64,000 nucleotides of DNA from Magnetococcales bacterium DC0425bin3 (GCA_002753665.1 PEAP01000004.1:1516-65515), one strand, 5' to 3'; shown: positions 1-9,699, counted from the stretch's first letter. A program made the numbers and translations. Notes: a model not told the origin generated them from the letters alone.

Positions 1-442
1 CCTGGACCGCTTCAAGGTGGTCAACGACACCATGGGTCACGAGGTGGGAGACAAGCTGCTCATCGACGTGGCCAGACGGCTCAAGGGCTGTCTGCGGGAA
101 GAGGATACCGTGGCCCGGCTGGGCGGGGACGAGTTCGCGGTGGTGCTGCCCAACCTGAAGGGACCGGAACTGGCCGGGGTGGTGGCCCGCAAGATCATCG
201 CTCGGCTGGTGGAGCCGTTTCACCTGTATGAACATGTCTGCCACATCGGCACCTCCATCGGCATCGCCTACTACCCGGAGCATGGCACCGATCCGGAAGA
301 CCTGCTCCGGCGGGCCGATACCGCCATGTATGCGGTGAAGGAGGGGGGACGCAACAATTATCTCTGCTACATCGCCGGCATGGAACCCCCCCGCTCCCGG
401 CGTGAGGGCTCTTCTCCCAAGACCAACGTCGCGGTGGTGTAG
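1..442 (+). CDS. GGDEF-domain diguanylate cyclase, C-terminal fragment (5' end outside window)
   Basis: Open from the window edge in frame 2. Reads LDRFKVVNDTMGHEVGD...ARLGGDEFAVVL...YAVKEGGRNNY, with a canonical GGDEF motif. Stop TAG at 440-442. Confidence 0.9.
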   Translation, partial: LDRFKVVNDTMGHEVGDKLLIDVARRLKGCLREEDTVARLGGDEFAVVLPNLKGPELAGVVARKIIARLVEPFHLYEHVCHIGTSIGIAYYPEHGTDPEDLLRRADTAMYAVKEGGRNNYLCYIAGMEPPRSRREGSSPKTNVAVV

Positions 443-443
443 G

Positions 444-1475
444 TCAAGGCGGCGGTTGCAGGCCGGGAATGACGTTGATGCGGTCCAGAGCCCGTTCGGC
501 ATGGGCGGCGTAACAGTGGAACCGTTCCTGCCGGCAGAGCTGGATGAAATGGCGGATGCGGCGCAGGTTGCCCGGATCCCCGTGGTCACCGTTGTCCACA
601 TAGTCCAGTGCCAGCACGAAACGGTCTGCTCCGGCAGCGAGGATGCGCCGCAGGTGGGGTAGCCGGGCTGCCACCACCGCCTCGGGCTGGGGTTCGGTGG
701 CGTCGTACCAGGTATCCTCCACGCCGATGCCGGAGACGGTGTCGAGATACCGGCGGTCCCGGTCGTGGTCCAGGATCCGCTCCCCGTTCTGGGGCACCAC
801 CAGGAAGCCCGGCGCCTGCCGGCGGGCCCGCTGGGCGATCCAGAGGACCAGGTCGATCATATGCCGGGCCGCCAGCCCCTCGTCCCCTCGGGGATCTCCC
901 TTGCGGAATTCCTCCTGGCCCTTTTTCTTGCCGTAGTTGGCCGGATCCGCCCAGTATTCGAAGGCGTCGATGATATCCAGGTAGACGCCCTTGAAGCCCT
1001 GGCCCACGATGGTGTCCAGATACGGCCCCAGGACCTCATCCCGCCAGCTGGGATCCCAGTAACGCACCTTGTGGTTGCCGCCCCAGTCGGGATTGGTCTG
1101 CCCCAGCCAGGGGGGGGCGCTGCGGGGTTGGGACCAGGACGGTTGCCAGTAGGCCCGATAATCCTCCGCCTCGCCGATGGACAGATATGCCAGGGGCATG
1201 ACGCCCGCCTGCACCAGCAGGGCGATCTCGGCGGGGCGATAGCGGCCCGGGTCGCCGCCGTCCCGGGAATAGTCCATCACCACCAGGGGAAAACCCGCCT
1301 GGGCCACGGCCTCGGGCTGGGCCTCCTGGAGCTGCAGCAGGAACCCCCCCGGTTTGGGTAGAGGACCGGCCGAAGCCAAGCCGGGCAGCAGCAGAGTGGC
1401 GGCGGTCAGCAGGGTCCGCCCCAGGCCGCGGCAGGCCGCGAAGCCACCCTCCACCCACTGCGAGGGGTGGGTCAT
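444..1475 (-). CDS. Secreted GH114 / PelA-hydrolase-like TIM-barrel glycosidase (copy a)
   Basis: 343 aa from ATG 1475, which forms an ATGA overlap with the stop of the upstream ORF. Signal-like LLTAATLLLPGLASAG. Motifs VVMDYS, AYLSIGEAEDYRAYW, VRYWDPSW, GVYLDIID. The upstream part of the 608-aa ORF-track entry is an off-frame artefact. Confidence 0.7.
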   Translation of the reverse strand: MTHPSQWVEGGFAACRGLGRTLLTAATLLLPGLASAGPLPKPGGFLLQLQEAQPEAVAQAGFPLVVMDYSRDGGDPGRYRPAEIALLVQAGVMPLAYLSIGEAEDYRAYWQPSWSQPRSAPPWLGQTNPDWGGNHKVRYWDPSWRDEVLGPYLDTIVGQGFKGVYLDIIDAFEYWADPANYGKKKGQEEFRKGDPRGDEGLAARHMIDLVLWIAQRARRQAPGFLVVPQNGERILDHDRDRRYLDTVSGIGVEDTWYDATEPQPEAVVAARLPHLRRILAAGADRFVLALDYVDNGDHGDPGNLRRIRHFIQLCRQERFHCYAAHAERALDRINVIPGLQPPP

Positions 1476-3835
1476 GTGGATTTCCCCGCCGTCGATGCGG
1501 GTTTGATCTCCACCGTCACCGGGCGGATGGCCGGCCCGGGCAGTGTGAAGGTCAGCAGTCCCTGGTCGTCGGTCCGGGCCTGGGCCACCCGGGGGGAGCC
1601 ATCCTTGGCATCGACCGGGGTGACGGTGGCCTGGTAGGAACCGGCCTGGGGCATCTTCCAGGTCATTTCTCCGGGGCCGAAGCCCCGGGCCTGGAAGCGC
1701 AGGGTGGCGAGGCCCACCCGCTCCACCTGTTGCAGGTGCCAGCGGGCTTCCACCAGGTAGGGCAGCGGCGCGGCGGGGCGCCGGGCGGTGGCGGCATGGA
1801 AGCGCAGGGCGATGAGGGGCACCGCCACGGCGGGATCCAGGGCCACATACAGGCTGCCCTGGAGATGACGCTGGCCGATCACCCCCACCGATCGCTGAAA
1901 ATCCACCGCCCGCAGGGTGGCCTGGTCGAAGCGGATGGTCTGCAGGGCCCCCCGGTCCTGGATGGCCCAACGCCCCGTGCCATCGACGGCGATGCGGGCG
2001 CGGATGGCGCCCTCGGTGACGGCGGCGAAGCGGCTGGTCTCGATGGGGGCCAGGGGCCGGGAGGTGGCGTAGTTGAGATTGTTCAGCAGGGCGTTGAGGC
2101 TGGCGGTCTTGTCGGCGGAATAGGTGTGGTAATAGATGTTGAACGGTTTCAGGCGCCGGGGGCTCTCGGTGTTGCGCACCGTCTCCAGCAGATGCTTGAA
2201 ACCGAAGAAGCGTGAAGTCCAGAGGTTGGTATAGGTGTTCTCGTTGCTGCTGGAGGCGTAGGCCTGCCATTCCCGGCCCACCTGGCGCCCCAGGGGGGAG
2301 ACCCAGGCGACGGAGGGAAAATCCCCATCGAAGCGGGTATCGCCGCCGTTCAGGTTGGCCATGCCGGCCTCACGGGTGGCCCGCAGCACCGCCTCGTAGG
2401 GCATGGTGTTGCCGGACCACTGGATGATGGCCACCTTCTTGCCCGCCGGGGCGAGGGTCTCCAGGAACCGGGCCGAGCCGGCGATCTCCTTGTCGAGGTC
2501 GTAGGGCTGCAGGGCATAGACCCGGGGGGTCTTGTAATCCTCGGGCATGGCCTCCTGGCCGGTCCATTCCACCCCGGCGCCTTTCTTGGTGGGCACCAGG
2601 TGTCCGGGGGTCAGGTCCGGGGGAATGTGGCCCTGGGGCGGTTTTTTCAGGCCCACCGCCACCATCAGCCGGTCGATGCCGTCATGGACGGGACGTGGCG
2701 GGTAGAGGATCATGAATGGCTCCTCGCGCCGGGGGTCGTTGTCCTTGAAGAACGCCCAGAACAGGGGATGGCTGTAGGTGTGGCTGCCGGCCTCCACCTG
2801 GGGCAGGGCGAACATGTCCTGGGCCACCTGCATCAGCCGCTCGGAGCCGTACCAGGCCGGATCCAGGTCCGCGGCCACCGGGCCGATGGTTACCGGCAGG
2901 TCCGGAAAGCCGGCCACCACTTCCTTGAGCAGCACCTCGGAGGAATAGTACCCCTTGAGCCGGTATTTCTTGACCTCGGTGAAGTTGCGCCAGCCGTCGC
3001 CGTCCACATGGCTGTAGTAGATGCGCCGGTTGGAGAGGGTGGTGGCATCGGGCTTGGGCAGTTCGTCGGTGGCGAAGGCCAGCCGGAAGAAGCGGAACGG
3101 GTTGAGATACCACTGGAGGAAGTTTTCGGTGGGATCCGAAAAGAAGCTGTAGCCTTCCGCCACGAAGCCGCCCTGGGGTCCCACCCCGGCCAGCAGGATT
3201 TCCTCCGGCTCCTGGCTGCGGTCGCGCCGGGCAGTGAGCAGGGGAGTGATCCGCTCCGCATTGAAGTACATCTCCTGGAAGGAGGGCAGCACCCCGGTCA
3301 GGGGCCGTTCGAAATCGGTGATCTGGGGGTCGTAACGTTTCAGGGTGACCCCGTGGGTGAATTCCACCCAGCCACCCCCCTGGTGCCGCAAGCCCATGTG
3401 GGCATGGAAGGCCTGCACCAGTCGCAGGGGCGACGGTTTGCCGTTGGGATCCTGCTGATAGGCTTCCTGCCCCATGAGAACCACCCGGATGCCGGACTTC
3501 ATGGCGGCCAGCAGCCATTCCAGAAAGCGGTCCGGGTTGGCCATGCGGTCGGTATCCATCCACAGCAGGATGCCCCGCACGTCGGCCAGTTCGTCCCGGC
3601 CGGGCAGGGGATTGGCCAGATCGTGGTGGCGCACCACCAGTCCCAGATGGTTCAGGGGCATCTCGGCCAGCCGGTGGACCTTGCCGGCCCGGAAGCCGTC
3701 CTTGAGGCGGGAGCCGTCGTAGAAGGCCAGCACCGTGCGGGTCAGGGGTCGAAAGCCATCCGGGGGGCCGCCCTCCGCCCGTCCCGGGGCGGGCAGCCAC
3801 AGGCACAGCAGCAGGGTTGCCAGAAGGCGGGTCAT
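1472..3835 (-). CDS. pelA: PelA-like polysaccharide deacetylase (CE4 domain) without a hydrolase domain
   Basis: 787 aa with signal peptide MTRLLATLLLCLWLPAPGRAEG. CE4-type motifs YYSHVDGDGW and GSHTYSHP. ATGA overlaps at both ends (3832-3835 and 1472-1475). Sits next to pelB-G. Confidence 0.7.
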   Translation of the reverse strand: MTRLLATLLLCLWLPAPGRAEGGPPDGFRPLTRTVLAFYDGSRLKDGFRAGKVHRLAEMPLNHLGLVVRHHDLANPLPGRDELADVRGILLWMDTDRMANPDRFLEWLLAAMKSGIRVVLMGQEAYQQDPNGKPSPLRLVQAFHAHMGLRHQGGGWVEFTHGVTLKRYDPQITDFERPLTGVLPSFQEMYFNAERITPLLTARRDRSQEPEEILLAGVGPQGGFVAEGYSFFSDPTENFLQWYLNPFRFFRLAFATDELPKPDATTLSNRRIYYSHVDGDGWRNFTEVKKYRLKGYYSSEVLLKEVVAGFPDLPVTIGPVAADLDPAWYGSERLMQVAQDMFALPQVEAGSHTYSHPLFWAFFKDNDPRREEPFMILYPPRPVHDGIDRLMVAVGLKKPPQGHIPPDLTPGHLVPTKKGAGVEWTGQEAMPEDYKTPRVYALQPYDLDKEIAGSARFLETLAPAGKKVAIIQWSGNTMPYEAVLRATREAGMANLNGGDTRFDGDFPSVAWVSPLGRQVGREWQAYASSSNENTYTNLWTSRFFGFKHLLETVRNTESPRRLKPFNIYYHTYSADKTASLNALLNNLNYATSRPLAPIETSRFAAVTEGAIRARIAVDGTGRWAIQDRGALQTIRFDQATLRAVDFQRSVGVIGQRHLQGSLYVALDPAVAVPLIALRFHAATARRPAAPLPYLVEARWHLQQVERVGLATLRFQARGFGPGEMTWKMPQAGSYQATVTPVDAKDGSPRVAQARTDDQGLLTFTLPGPAIRPVTVEIKPASTAGKST

Positions 3836-4734
3836 GGTTTGGGCTCCGGCACCAGTTGATCCAGTTCGCGGGTACTCACATAGGGATGAAAGCCCAGGGC
3901 CCGCTGTTCCCGATAGAGGGTGGCGATGCCGGCCCGGTCGGTGGGCGACCAGTAGTCCAGGGTGAACACCTGCAGATGGGGATGCCGTCGGAGCGCCTCC
4001 CGCAGCTGTGCCACCTGCTGCCGGGACTCCTCCGCCGTCACCCGCCGGTACTCTCCGCTTGCCCCATGCCAGGCGGACCGGACCGATTCCCCCAGCACCA
4101 TGGTCAGCGCCCCGCCCACTTCGGGCAACAGGGCATAGGCCCGGTTGATCATGAGGGGGATGTCGGGATAATGCAGCCGGATGGTCAGGACCAGGTTTGC
4201 TGCCGCCCGGGTCATGCCGTGAAAGCGTTCGGGATCCCGTTCTTCCAGGAAGGGGGGATTGTCCAGGGTGTCCAGGAACAGCCCGTGGAAGCCGGCCTGG
4301 AGCAGGTTGGGGATCAGCTCCTCGATCACCTTGCGGGTCCAGCGCAGATCTCGCACATCCACCATGAAGCTGCCCGGCCAGTCGGGATTTTCTTCCAGCA
4401 GGAACCCCTGGGTCTGCAGGGACGGGAAATCGGGATGGTCCCGGGCCATCTCGCCCAGGCTCAGATAGGCCAGCAGCCGCTTGCCCCGCTCGATCAACGG
4501 TCGCAGGGGGGGATGCTGGCGGGGTTCCAGGACCAGAAGCTCATAGGGCTCCAGGGCGGTCAGGGTGACCTGATCGGAATAGAGGGCCGCCCAGGGGATG
4601 GGGGGCCCGCCCCGGGCCGGCAGAACCGGAAGCAGCAGCGTCAACAGGAAGAGGACAAGGAAGCGGCGGATCGGCACGGAATCGAACCCTGAAGGAAGAT
4701 GGATTGACCCCACAGGGTAAAGAGGATACTCCAT
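3832..4734 (-). CDS. GH114 / PelA-hydrolase-like TIM-barrel glycosidase (copy b)
   Basis: 300 aa with hydrophobic N-terminus FLVLFLLTLLLPVLPARG. Motifs LAYLSLGE, FMVDVRDLRW, GLFLDTLD parallel copy a. Divergent from pelB. Start uncertain. Confidence 0.6.
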   Translation of the reverse strand: MEYPLYPVGSIHLPSGFDSVPIRRFLVLFLLTLLLPVLPARGGPPIPWAALYSDQVTLTALEPYELLVLEPRQHPPLRPLIERGKRLLAYLSLGEMARDHPDFPSLQTQGFLLEENPDWPGSFMVDVRDLRWTRKVIEELIPNLLQAGFHGLFLDTLDNPPFLEERDPERFHGMTRAAANLVLTIRLHYPDIPLMINRAYALLPEVGGALTMVLGESVRSAWHGASGEYRRVTAEESRQQVAQLREALRRHPHLQVFTLDYWSPTDRAGIATLYREQRALGFHPYVSTRELDQLVPEPKP

Positions 4735-4863
4735 TTTCTCAAGTTTCCCCCTGCGGGGTCGGCCCCCGGGTGGGGATCAGTCCTCAAGGATCCCCGCCCG
4801 GGGGCCGACAAGGGGGATACCGGCCGTTCGCCATGCCGTCAACCTTCGGGAGATCGCCCCCGC

Positions 4864-7569
4864 ATGACCGCCATGTTCCGTTATGTTCTGGTCCTGCTGC
4901 TGCTGCTCTGCGCCGGCGCGGGGGTGGGGCGTTTGCTGCTGCCCACCAACGAGACCTTGGCCCTGATGTATCTGCGGGACCAGGACTACGACGAGGCGCG
5001 CAAGCTGTTCCAGAAGGATTTCACGGTGCGGGGGGGGACCTCGGCCACCACCATCATCCCCCTGGCCAATCTGTATCTCCAGCAGGGGGATGTCAACGCG
5101 GCCATTCTGACGGTGGAAGCCTTCCTGGAGCAGAATCCTCGCCACCTGGAGGCGCGCAAGCGCATCGGCACCTATTACCAGTTCGCCCAGCGGCCCGGTG
5201 ATTACCTGCGCAACCTGGAACGGATCGTTCGGCTGGAGCCCACCCGCAAGAATCTGGAGGAGCTGGCCTCCCTGTACAACTATCATTCCCGCCACGACGA
5301 TCAGATCCGGGTGTTGCGGGAGCTGACGGAACGTTTTCCGGAAGAGCCCAGCCATTTCGTTTCCCTGTCCCAGCTCCTGGCGACCCGGGGGCACAAGGGG
5401 GAGGGGGCGGATGTGCTGCTGTCGATGCGCCGGGAACATCTCAAGGCCTTCACCCCCGCCACCCACCGTCTGCTGGTGGAGCTGCTGCTGGACAGCGGGC
5501 GGGCTGAAGAGGCCTTCGAGGCCGCCCGGCAACGCACGATCGACTATTGGGTACCCCTGGAGGCCTTGGCCCTGGCCGATCTGCTCCACTATCGGGGCGG
5601 TCCGGAGTGGGGGTGGCGCTTCGTCACCCTGATGCGGGAACGCGATCCGGATTCGGAACGGATCCTGATCAAATGGACCGAACTGGCCATTCAGACCGGC
5701 CGATCCAACGAACCCTACCAGTTGCTGTTGGCCCTGAAAAATCAGAACCGCCTGCCCGAGACCGCCGCCCACCTGCTGACCGAACTGGCCCTGGCCGATC
5801 GCAAGCTGGACCTGGCCATGGAGGTGGCCCGGCTCACTCCTCCCGAGCGGCTGCCCGGCTGGTTGGCCACCCAGTTGGCGGAACAGGCGGTGCTGAACAA
5901 GCGCACCGATCTGGCGGAAGGCCTAGTGGCCCATCTGGGGCGGCCGTTCCTGGAGCAGCATCCCCTGCTGGCGGCAGAGCTGGCCCTGGCCCGCAACCGC
6001 GAGGGCGAGGCCCGGGTCTGGCTGGGCAAGGCGGGGCGCAACCTCAAGGAACCCGCGGAGCGCATGCAGCTGGCCCAGGTGCTGTTGCGCCTGCAGCAGG
6101 TGGAGGAGGGGATGATGGTGGTGGAAGATCTCCTGGGCCAACCCCAACTGCCCACCTGGATGCTGCGGGATTTGACCGGCCACATGGTGGCCCAGAAGCG
6201 GGCCGAGCGCGGCCTGGCGCTGATCACCGCGCTGCGGAGGTCCGACGACCGACCCGAGGTCCAGGAAGCCTGGGCCCTGCTGGCCGTCCACGCCGGGGGT
6301 CGGGAGCCGGAGGTGATGGCTTGGCTGGCGAGCCGCACCGATGCCAACCCGGGGCTCCTGGCGGACATAGCCAACGTGGCCCTGGACACCAAACAGTCCA
6401 ACTTGGCCTTGGCCGCCGCCCGGCGGCTGGTGGCCCAGGCGGCCGGGCCGGAACATCGTGTCATCCTGGCCCGGGCCCAGTTGGCCGCCGGCCATCCGGT
6501 GGCCGCCCTGGAACAGTTTCGCCAGATCGGCAAGAAGTTGACCAGGGAGCAGGCGGCCATCCATGGCGAGGCCCTGCTGGCCGCCTGGCGCCAGGGGCAT
6601 CATGACCGGAAAGCCCTGGGGGATTGGCTGCAACAGAGCCTGGCAGAGGCTGTCGGCCCCGAGCGGGTGGAGGAGCGCCGCGCCCTGGCCTTCGTGGCGC
6701 TGGAATCGGGTTTCGCGGAGCTGGCCCAGGAGACCTTCATGGCTCTGGCCGCGACGGCGGCCTTCGACAGCCCCGAGGTCGCCCAACTCGGCTATCTCTG
6801 GGGACCTCGCCCGGGCTCCAGGGCCCTGGATTGGCTGGAAGCCCGGGCCGAGACGGAACAACCCGACCGCAAGCATGGCTGGCTGAACATGATCACCGAC
6901 CTGGGGGCCCCGGAACGGGTGCTGACCCTGGTGGCCCGCTACGAGGAAACCGCCAGTGTGGTGGATGCCCACCTGCGGGCCCTGTCGCGCCTGAAGAAAA
7001 AGCCGGCCATCGATCAGCTCTTGCGCCGCCAGGTCTCCCGGGGACTGCCGGTGCCGCGCCTGGACCAGTTGGCCGCCGTGGCCGAGGCCGAGGAGCTGCC
7101 GGAGACCGCCGCCCTCATCTATCAAAAAGCCCTGGAAGCCGACGGCACCCACCACCTGGCCCTGCAACGGCTGGGGTACATGGCCTTTTTCGACGGGGAA
7201 TGGAAAAAATCGGTCAGCCTGCTGCAGCGCTATCTCCGCTACCATCCCGACAAGGCCAACTACGAACCCCATCTGTACATCGCCGAGGTATTCTGGGCCC
7301 AGGGAGAGCTGGAGCAGGCCAAGCCCTATTATCTCGACGCATTGGAAAAAATTGCCGCCAACCCGGACAAGCCTTACACCGTGCGGGTGGCCAAGGTGCG
7401 CATGCTGCAACGCATGGGCTGGGTGAACGAATCCCTGAAAGGCTACGAGGACCTGCTGCGGGAAAAGCCGGACGATCTGCGGGTCAAGGCGGACTATGTG
7501 GAACTGCTGCTGGCCCGGAAGAAAGTCGAAATGGCCCAGAACGTCATGCGCAAGGTGGGGGTACGGTGA
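4864..7569 (+). CDS. pelB: TPR-repeat protein, PelB N-terminal (TPR scaffold) equivalent
   Basis: 901 aa with N-terminal TM/signal FRYVLVLLLLLCAGAG. Helical repeat-rich sequence throughout, with clear TPRs near the C-terminus (YHPDKANYEPHLYIAEVFWAQGELEQAKPYYLDALE). First gene of the + strand pel operon. Confidence 0.7.
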   Translation: MTAMFRYVLVLLLLLCAGAGVGRLLLPTNETLALMYLRDQDYDEARKLFQKDFTVRGGTSATTIIPLANLYLQQGDVNAAILTVEAFLEQNPRHLEARKRIGTYYQFAQRPGDYLRNLERIVRLEPTRKNLEELASLYNYHSRHDDQIRVLRELTERFPEEPSHFVSLSQLLATRGHKGEGADVLLSMRREHLKAFTPATHRLLVELLLDSGRAEEAFEAARQRTIDYWVPLEALALADLLHYRGGPEWGWRFVTLMRERDPDSERILIKWTELAIQTGRSNEPYQLLLALKNQNRLPETAAHLLTELALADRKLDLAMEVARLTPPERLPGWLATQLAEQAVLNKRTDLAEGLVAHLGRPFLEQHPLLAAELALARNREGEARVWLGKAGRNLKEPAERMQLAQVLLRLQQVEEGMMVVEDLLGQPQLPTWMLRDLTGHMVAQKRAERGLALITALRRSDDRPEVQEAWALLAVHAGGREPEVMAWLASRTDANPGLLADIANVALDTKQSNLALAAARRLVAQAAGPEHRVILARAQLAAGHPVAALEQFRQIGKKLTREQAAIHGEALLAAWRQGHHDRKALGDWLQQSLAEAVGPERVEERRALAFVALESGFAELAQETFMALAATAAFDSPEVAQLGYLWGPRPGSRALDWLEARAETEQPDRKHGWLNMITDLGAPERVLTLVARYEETASVVDAHLRALSRLKKKPAIDQLLRRQVSRGLPVPRLDQLAAVAEAEELPETAALIYQKALEADGTHHLALQRLGYMAFFDGEWKKSVSLLQRYLRYHPDKANYEPHLYIAEVFWAQGELEQAKPYYLDALEKIAANPDKPYTVRVAKVRMLQRMGWVNESLKGYEDLLREKPDDLRVKADYVELLLARKKVEMAQNVMRKVGVR

Positions 7570-7667
7570 GGAGGTCCGGCCGGTTTGGCGCGGGGATTGC
7601 TTTGTTCTGGCGGGGATGAGAAACGGCTTCAACCCGAACCAGGGGTGCTTTGCCCCCCGATCCGACC

Positions 7668-9626
7668 ATGGCCATGCGGCTTGCCAAGCAGACCCGGTTC
7701 CTGTTTTGGGGAATCGGATTGTTGACTCTTTTCGGACGTGACACGGCCCATACCGCGCCGGCACCCGGGGATCCGGCAGTGCCCCAGACCGATGGGGGAT
7801 CCACCGCCTCCGGCCGGGAACGGCTGCGGCGCGTGTTCGATGCCCTGGGTCGCCCCCGGCCCGCGGTCGGGCAGACGCCGGCCGCAGCGGGGCGAATTGC
7901 CCTGGAGGATCTGCTGGATGCCGCCGGGGGGCGCAGTCAACCCGCTGCCCGGGATCCCGCAGCTCTGGCCCAGGGCGACCTCCTGGTCACTCCGGCCGCC
8001 GGTCGCCCGGCGCCAACCCTGGAGCCGGTAATGGGGGAGATTCTGGCGGATGCCGCCACGGAGCGCCCCCTGCCCAAGGTCACTGACGCCGTGGAAGATC
8101 CGACCCTGCCGCCGGTTGCGGCTGGCGCGCAGCCCGCGGCGACCGGTCCCGCCAAGACCATGGTCCGTGCCGAGGTGATCGGCGACAGCGCCCGGATGGT
8201 CCTGACCCTGCCTCCCGGCCTCAAGGTCATCCGCGCCATCGAGCCCGGCGAGCTGCTGCTGCGCTTCGACGGCCCGTTCAATCCCGAGGGCATGGACGCG
8301 GCGGTCAAGGCCATGACCGGCTGGGTCGAGGATGTGCGCTACGGGTACAATACCCTGCTGATCCGCGCCTCCCGGGCCGGCACCCGTTTCGAAACCACCG
8401 GGGAGTCCGGCGAGGTGGCGGTGCTGCTGCTGGCCCCGCCGCCCAAGGTGGAGCAGACAGAAACCCGGCGCGTGGAGGATTCCCGGCTCCACTACCTGCA
8501 ATCCCGGGCCATGACCGAGGCCAACACCCTGTACGGCGGCCAGGCCCGTTTGGCCGGCCTGCTGTGGGAGAGCCCGCGCAACGTGGAATATCTGGGACGG
8601 CAGGGCCTCAACGAGACCGAACTGGGGCGCTGGCGGCGGGCGGTGACCCTCTATGACCGGGCTCTGGAGGAGGCCGGGGGGGAGCCAAATATCATCTCGG
8701 CCAAGGCCCTCATCCACCAGAGCCACAGCCGGGAACTCCGGGCCAGCCACGCGGTCCGCGAAAGCAATCTCAACGGCGAGCGGCAATACACCTCCGGACT
8801 GGAAGGTTCGGCGCCCCTGACCAACGGCTGGAACATCACCCTGAACCTGACGCGGGTCCACTATGCCACCGAGGCCGCCGCCAATACCGAAGGCGTGACC
8901 ACTCCGGCCAGCGGGGAGTTCCATCGGGCCAACCTGATGTTTTCCCGGGATCAGGACGATGCCGACCAGAGCCGGTTCGCGGTTCATGTGGGGGACGAGG
9001 CGGTGGGATTCTCCGCCGGCCATCGTTTCAACCGGCCCGACCGGGCGGTGACCCTGACCGGCACTTGGCGGGAGGCTTATGCCGACCTGATCAACAGCCT
9101 AGTGGCCGGCGGCTGGCGCGACCGGGCCTCCGTGGCCTGGGAGGAGCGCTGGACGCCCCGTTTCACCACCACCCTGACCGGAGCCTGGAACCATTACGGC
9201 ATTACCGATCTTACCAATGCCGCCTGGAGCAGCGGCCTGCTGGTCGATGCCCGCTACAATCTGCTCAATGCCGCCAATTTCACGGTGGGTTACACCATGG
9301 ACAAGGAACAGGTCCACCATCGGGGCACCCGGGTTGACGCCGCCGGCAATCTCTACAGTCCCCTGCCGGCCGCCGACCGGGAAACCCATGGGGTCAGTGG
9401 CTCCTGGGGCGACAACTGGTCCGATTATCTGTCCTATGCGGCGGTGCTGGGGGCCATCTACGACCGGGCCACCGGGGCCTATGGTCCCACCGGGGCTCTG
9501 TCATTGCTCTACCGTCCCTTGGAAGATCTCGAAGCAGGGGTGGATCTGCAGACCTCGGCCACCGTGCAGGGCCCCACCACCGGACGCACCGATCAGGTGA
9601 CGTCCCATGTGCGCATGAGGTTTTGA
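7668..9626 (+). CDS. Outer-membrane beta-barrel protein, PelB C-terminal (porin) equivalent
   Basis: About 652 aa from ATG 7668 (ORF opens at TTG 7650). Signal-like FLFWGIGLLTLFG, then a Pro/Ala-rich linker. C-terminal half has alternating beta-strand patterns and ends in ...VRMRF (terminal Phe typical of OMPs). Lies between the TPR gene and pelC. Confidence 0.6.
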   Translation: MAMRLAKQTRFLFWGIGLLTLFGRDTAHTAPAPGDPAVPQTDGGSTASGRERLRRVFDALGRPRPAVGQTPAAAGRIALEDLLDAAGGRSQPAARDPAALAQGDLLVTPAAGRPAPTLEPVMGEILADAATERPLPKVTDAVEDPTLPPVAAGAQPAATGPAKTMVRAEVIGDSARMVLTLPPGLKVIRAIEPGELLLRFDGPFNPEGMDAAVKAMTGWVEDVRYGYNTLLIRASRAGTRFETTGESGEVAVLLLAPPPKVEQTETRRVEDSRLHYLQSRAMTEANTLYGGQARLAGLLWESPRNVEYLGRQGLNETELGRWRRAVTLYDRALEEAGGEPNIISAKALIHQSHSRELRASHAVRESNLNGERQYTSGLEGSAPLTNGWNITLNLTRVHYATEAAANTEGVTTPASGEFHRANLMFSRDQDDADQSRFAVHVGDEAVGFSAGHRFNRPDRAVTLTGTWREAYADLINSLVAGGWRDRASVAWEERWTPRFTTTLTGAWNHYGITDLTNAAWSSGLLVDARYNLLNAANFTVGYTMDKEQVHHRGTRVDAAGNLYSPLPAADRETHGVSGSWGDNWSDYLSYAAVLGAIYDRATGAYGPTGALSLLYRPLEDLEAGVDLQTSATVQGPTTGRTDQVTSHVRMRF

Positions 9627-9658
9627 AAAAAAATCTGGAGAAGGAACCCAACCAGCCC

Positions 9659-9670
9659 GGGGGGGGGGGG
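9659..9670. repeat. Poly-G homopolymer (12 nt) in the pelB-porin / pelC intergenic gap
   Basis: Twelve consecutive G, confirmed by the shadow-ORF reading APPPR. Lies 30 nt upstream of the pelC ATG. Confidence 0.95.
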
Positions 9671-9699
9671 CGTCAACATCGGAGTATGAGGAACCAGCG

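Noticed and set aside
1441-1470. 13-14 nt match to the repeat G-box (GGTGGAGGGTGGC on the minus strand) at the 5' end of the GH114a gene.
   Set aside because: It lies inside coding sequence (QWVEGGF) and lacks both hairpin 1 and the C-rich arm. This is probably a chance match in G-rich DNA.
444-2270. The 608-aa ORF as one protein.
   Set aside because: The N-terminal ~265 residues are Arg/Pro/Gly-rich and overlap the well-supported deacetylase gene in another frame. A signal-peptide-bearing GH114-like protein starts at ATG 1475 with an ATGA coupling overlap.
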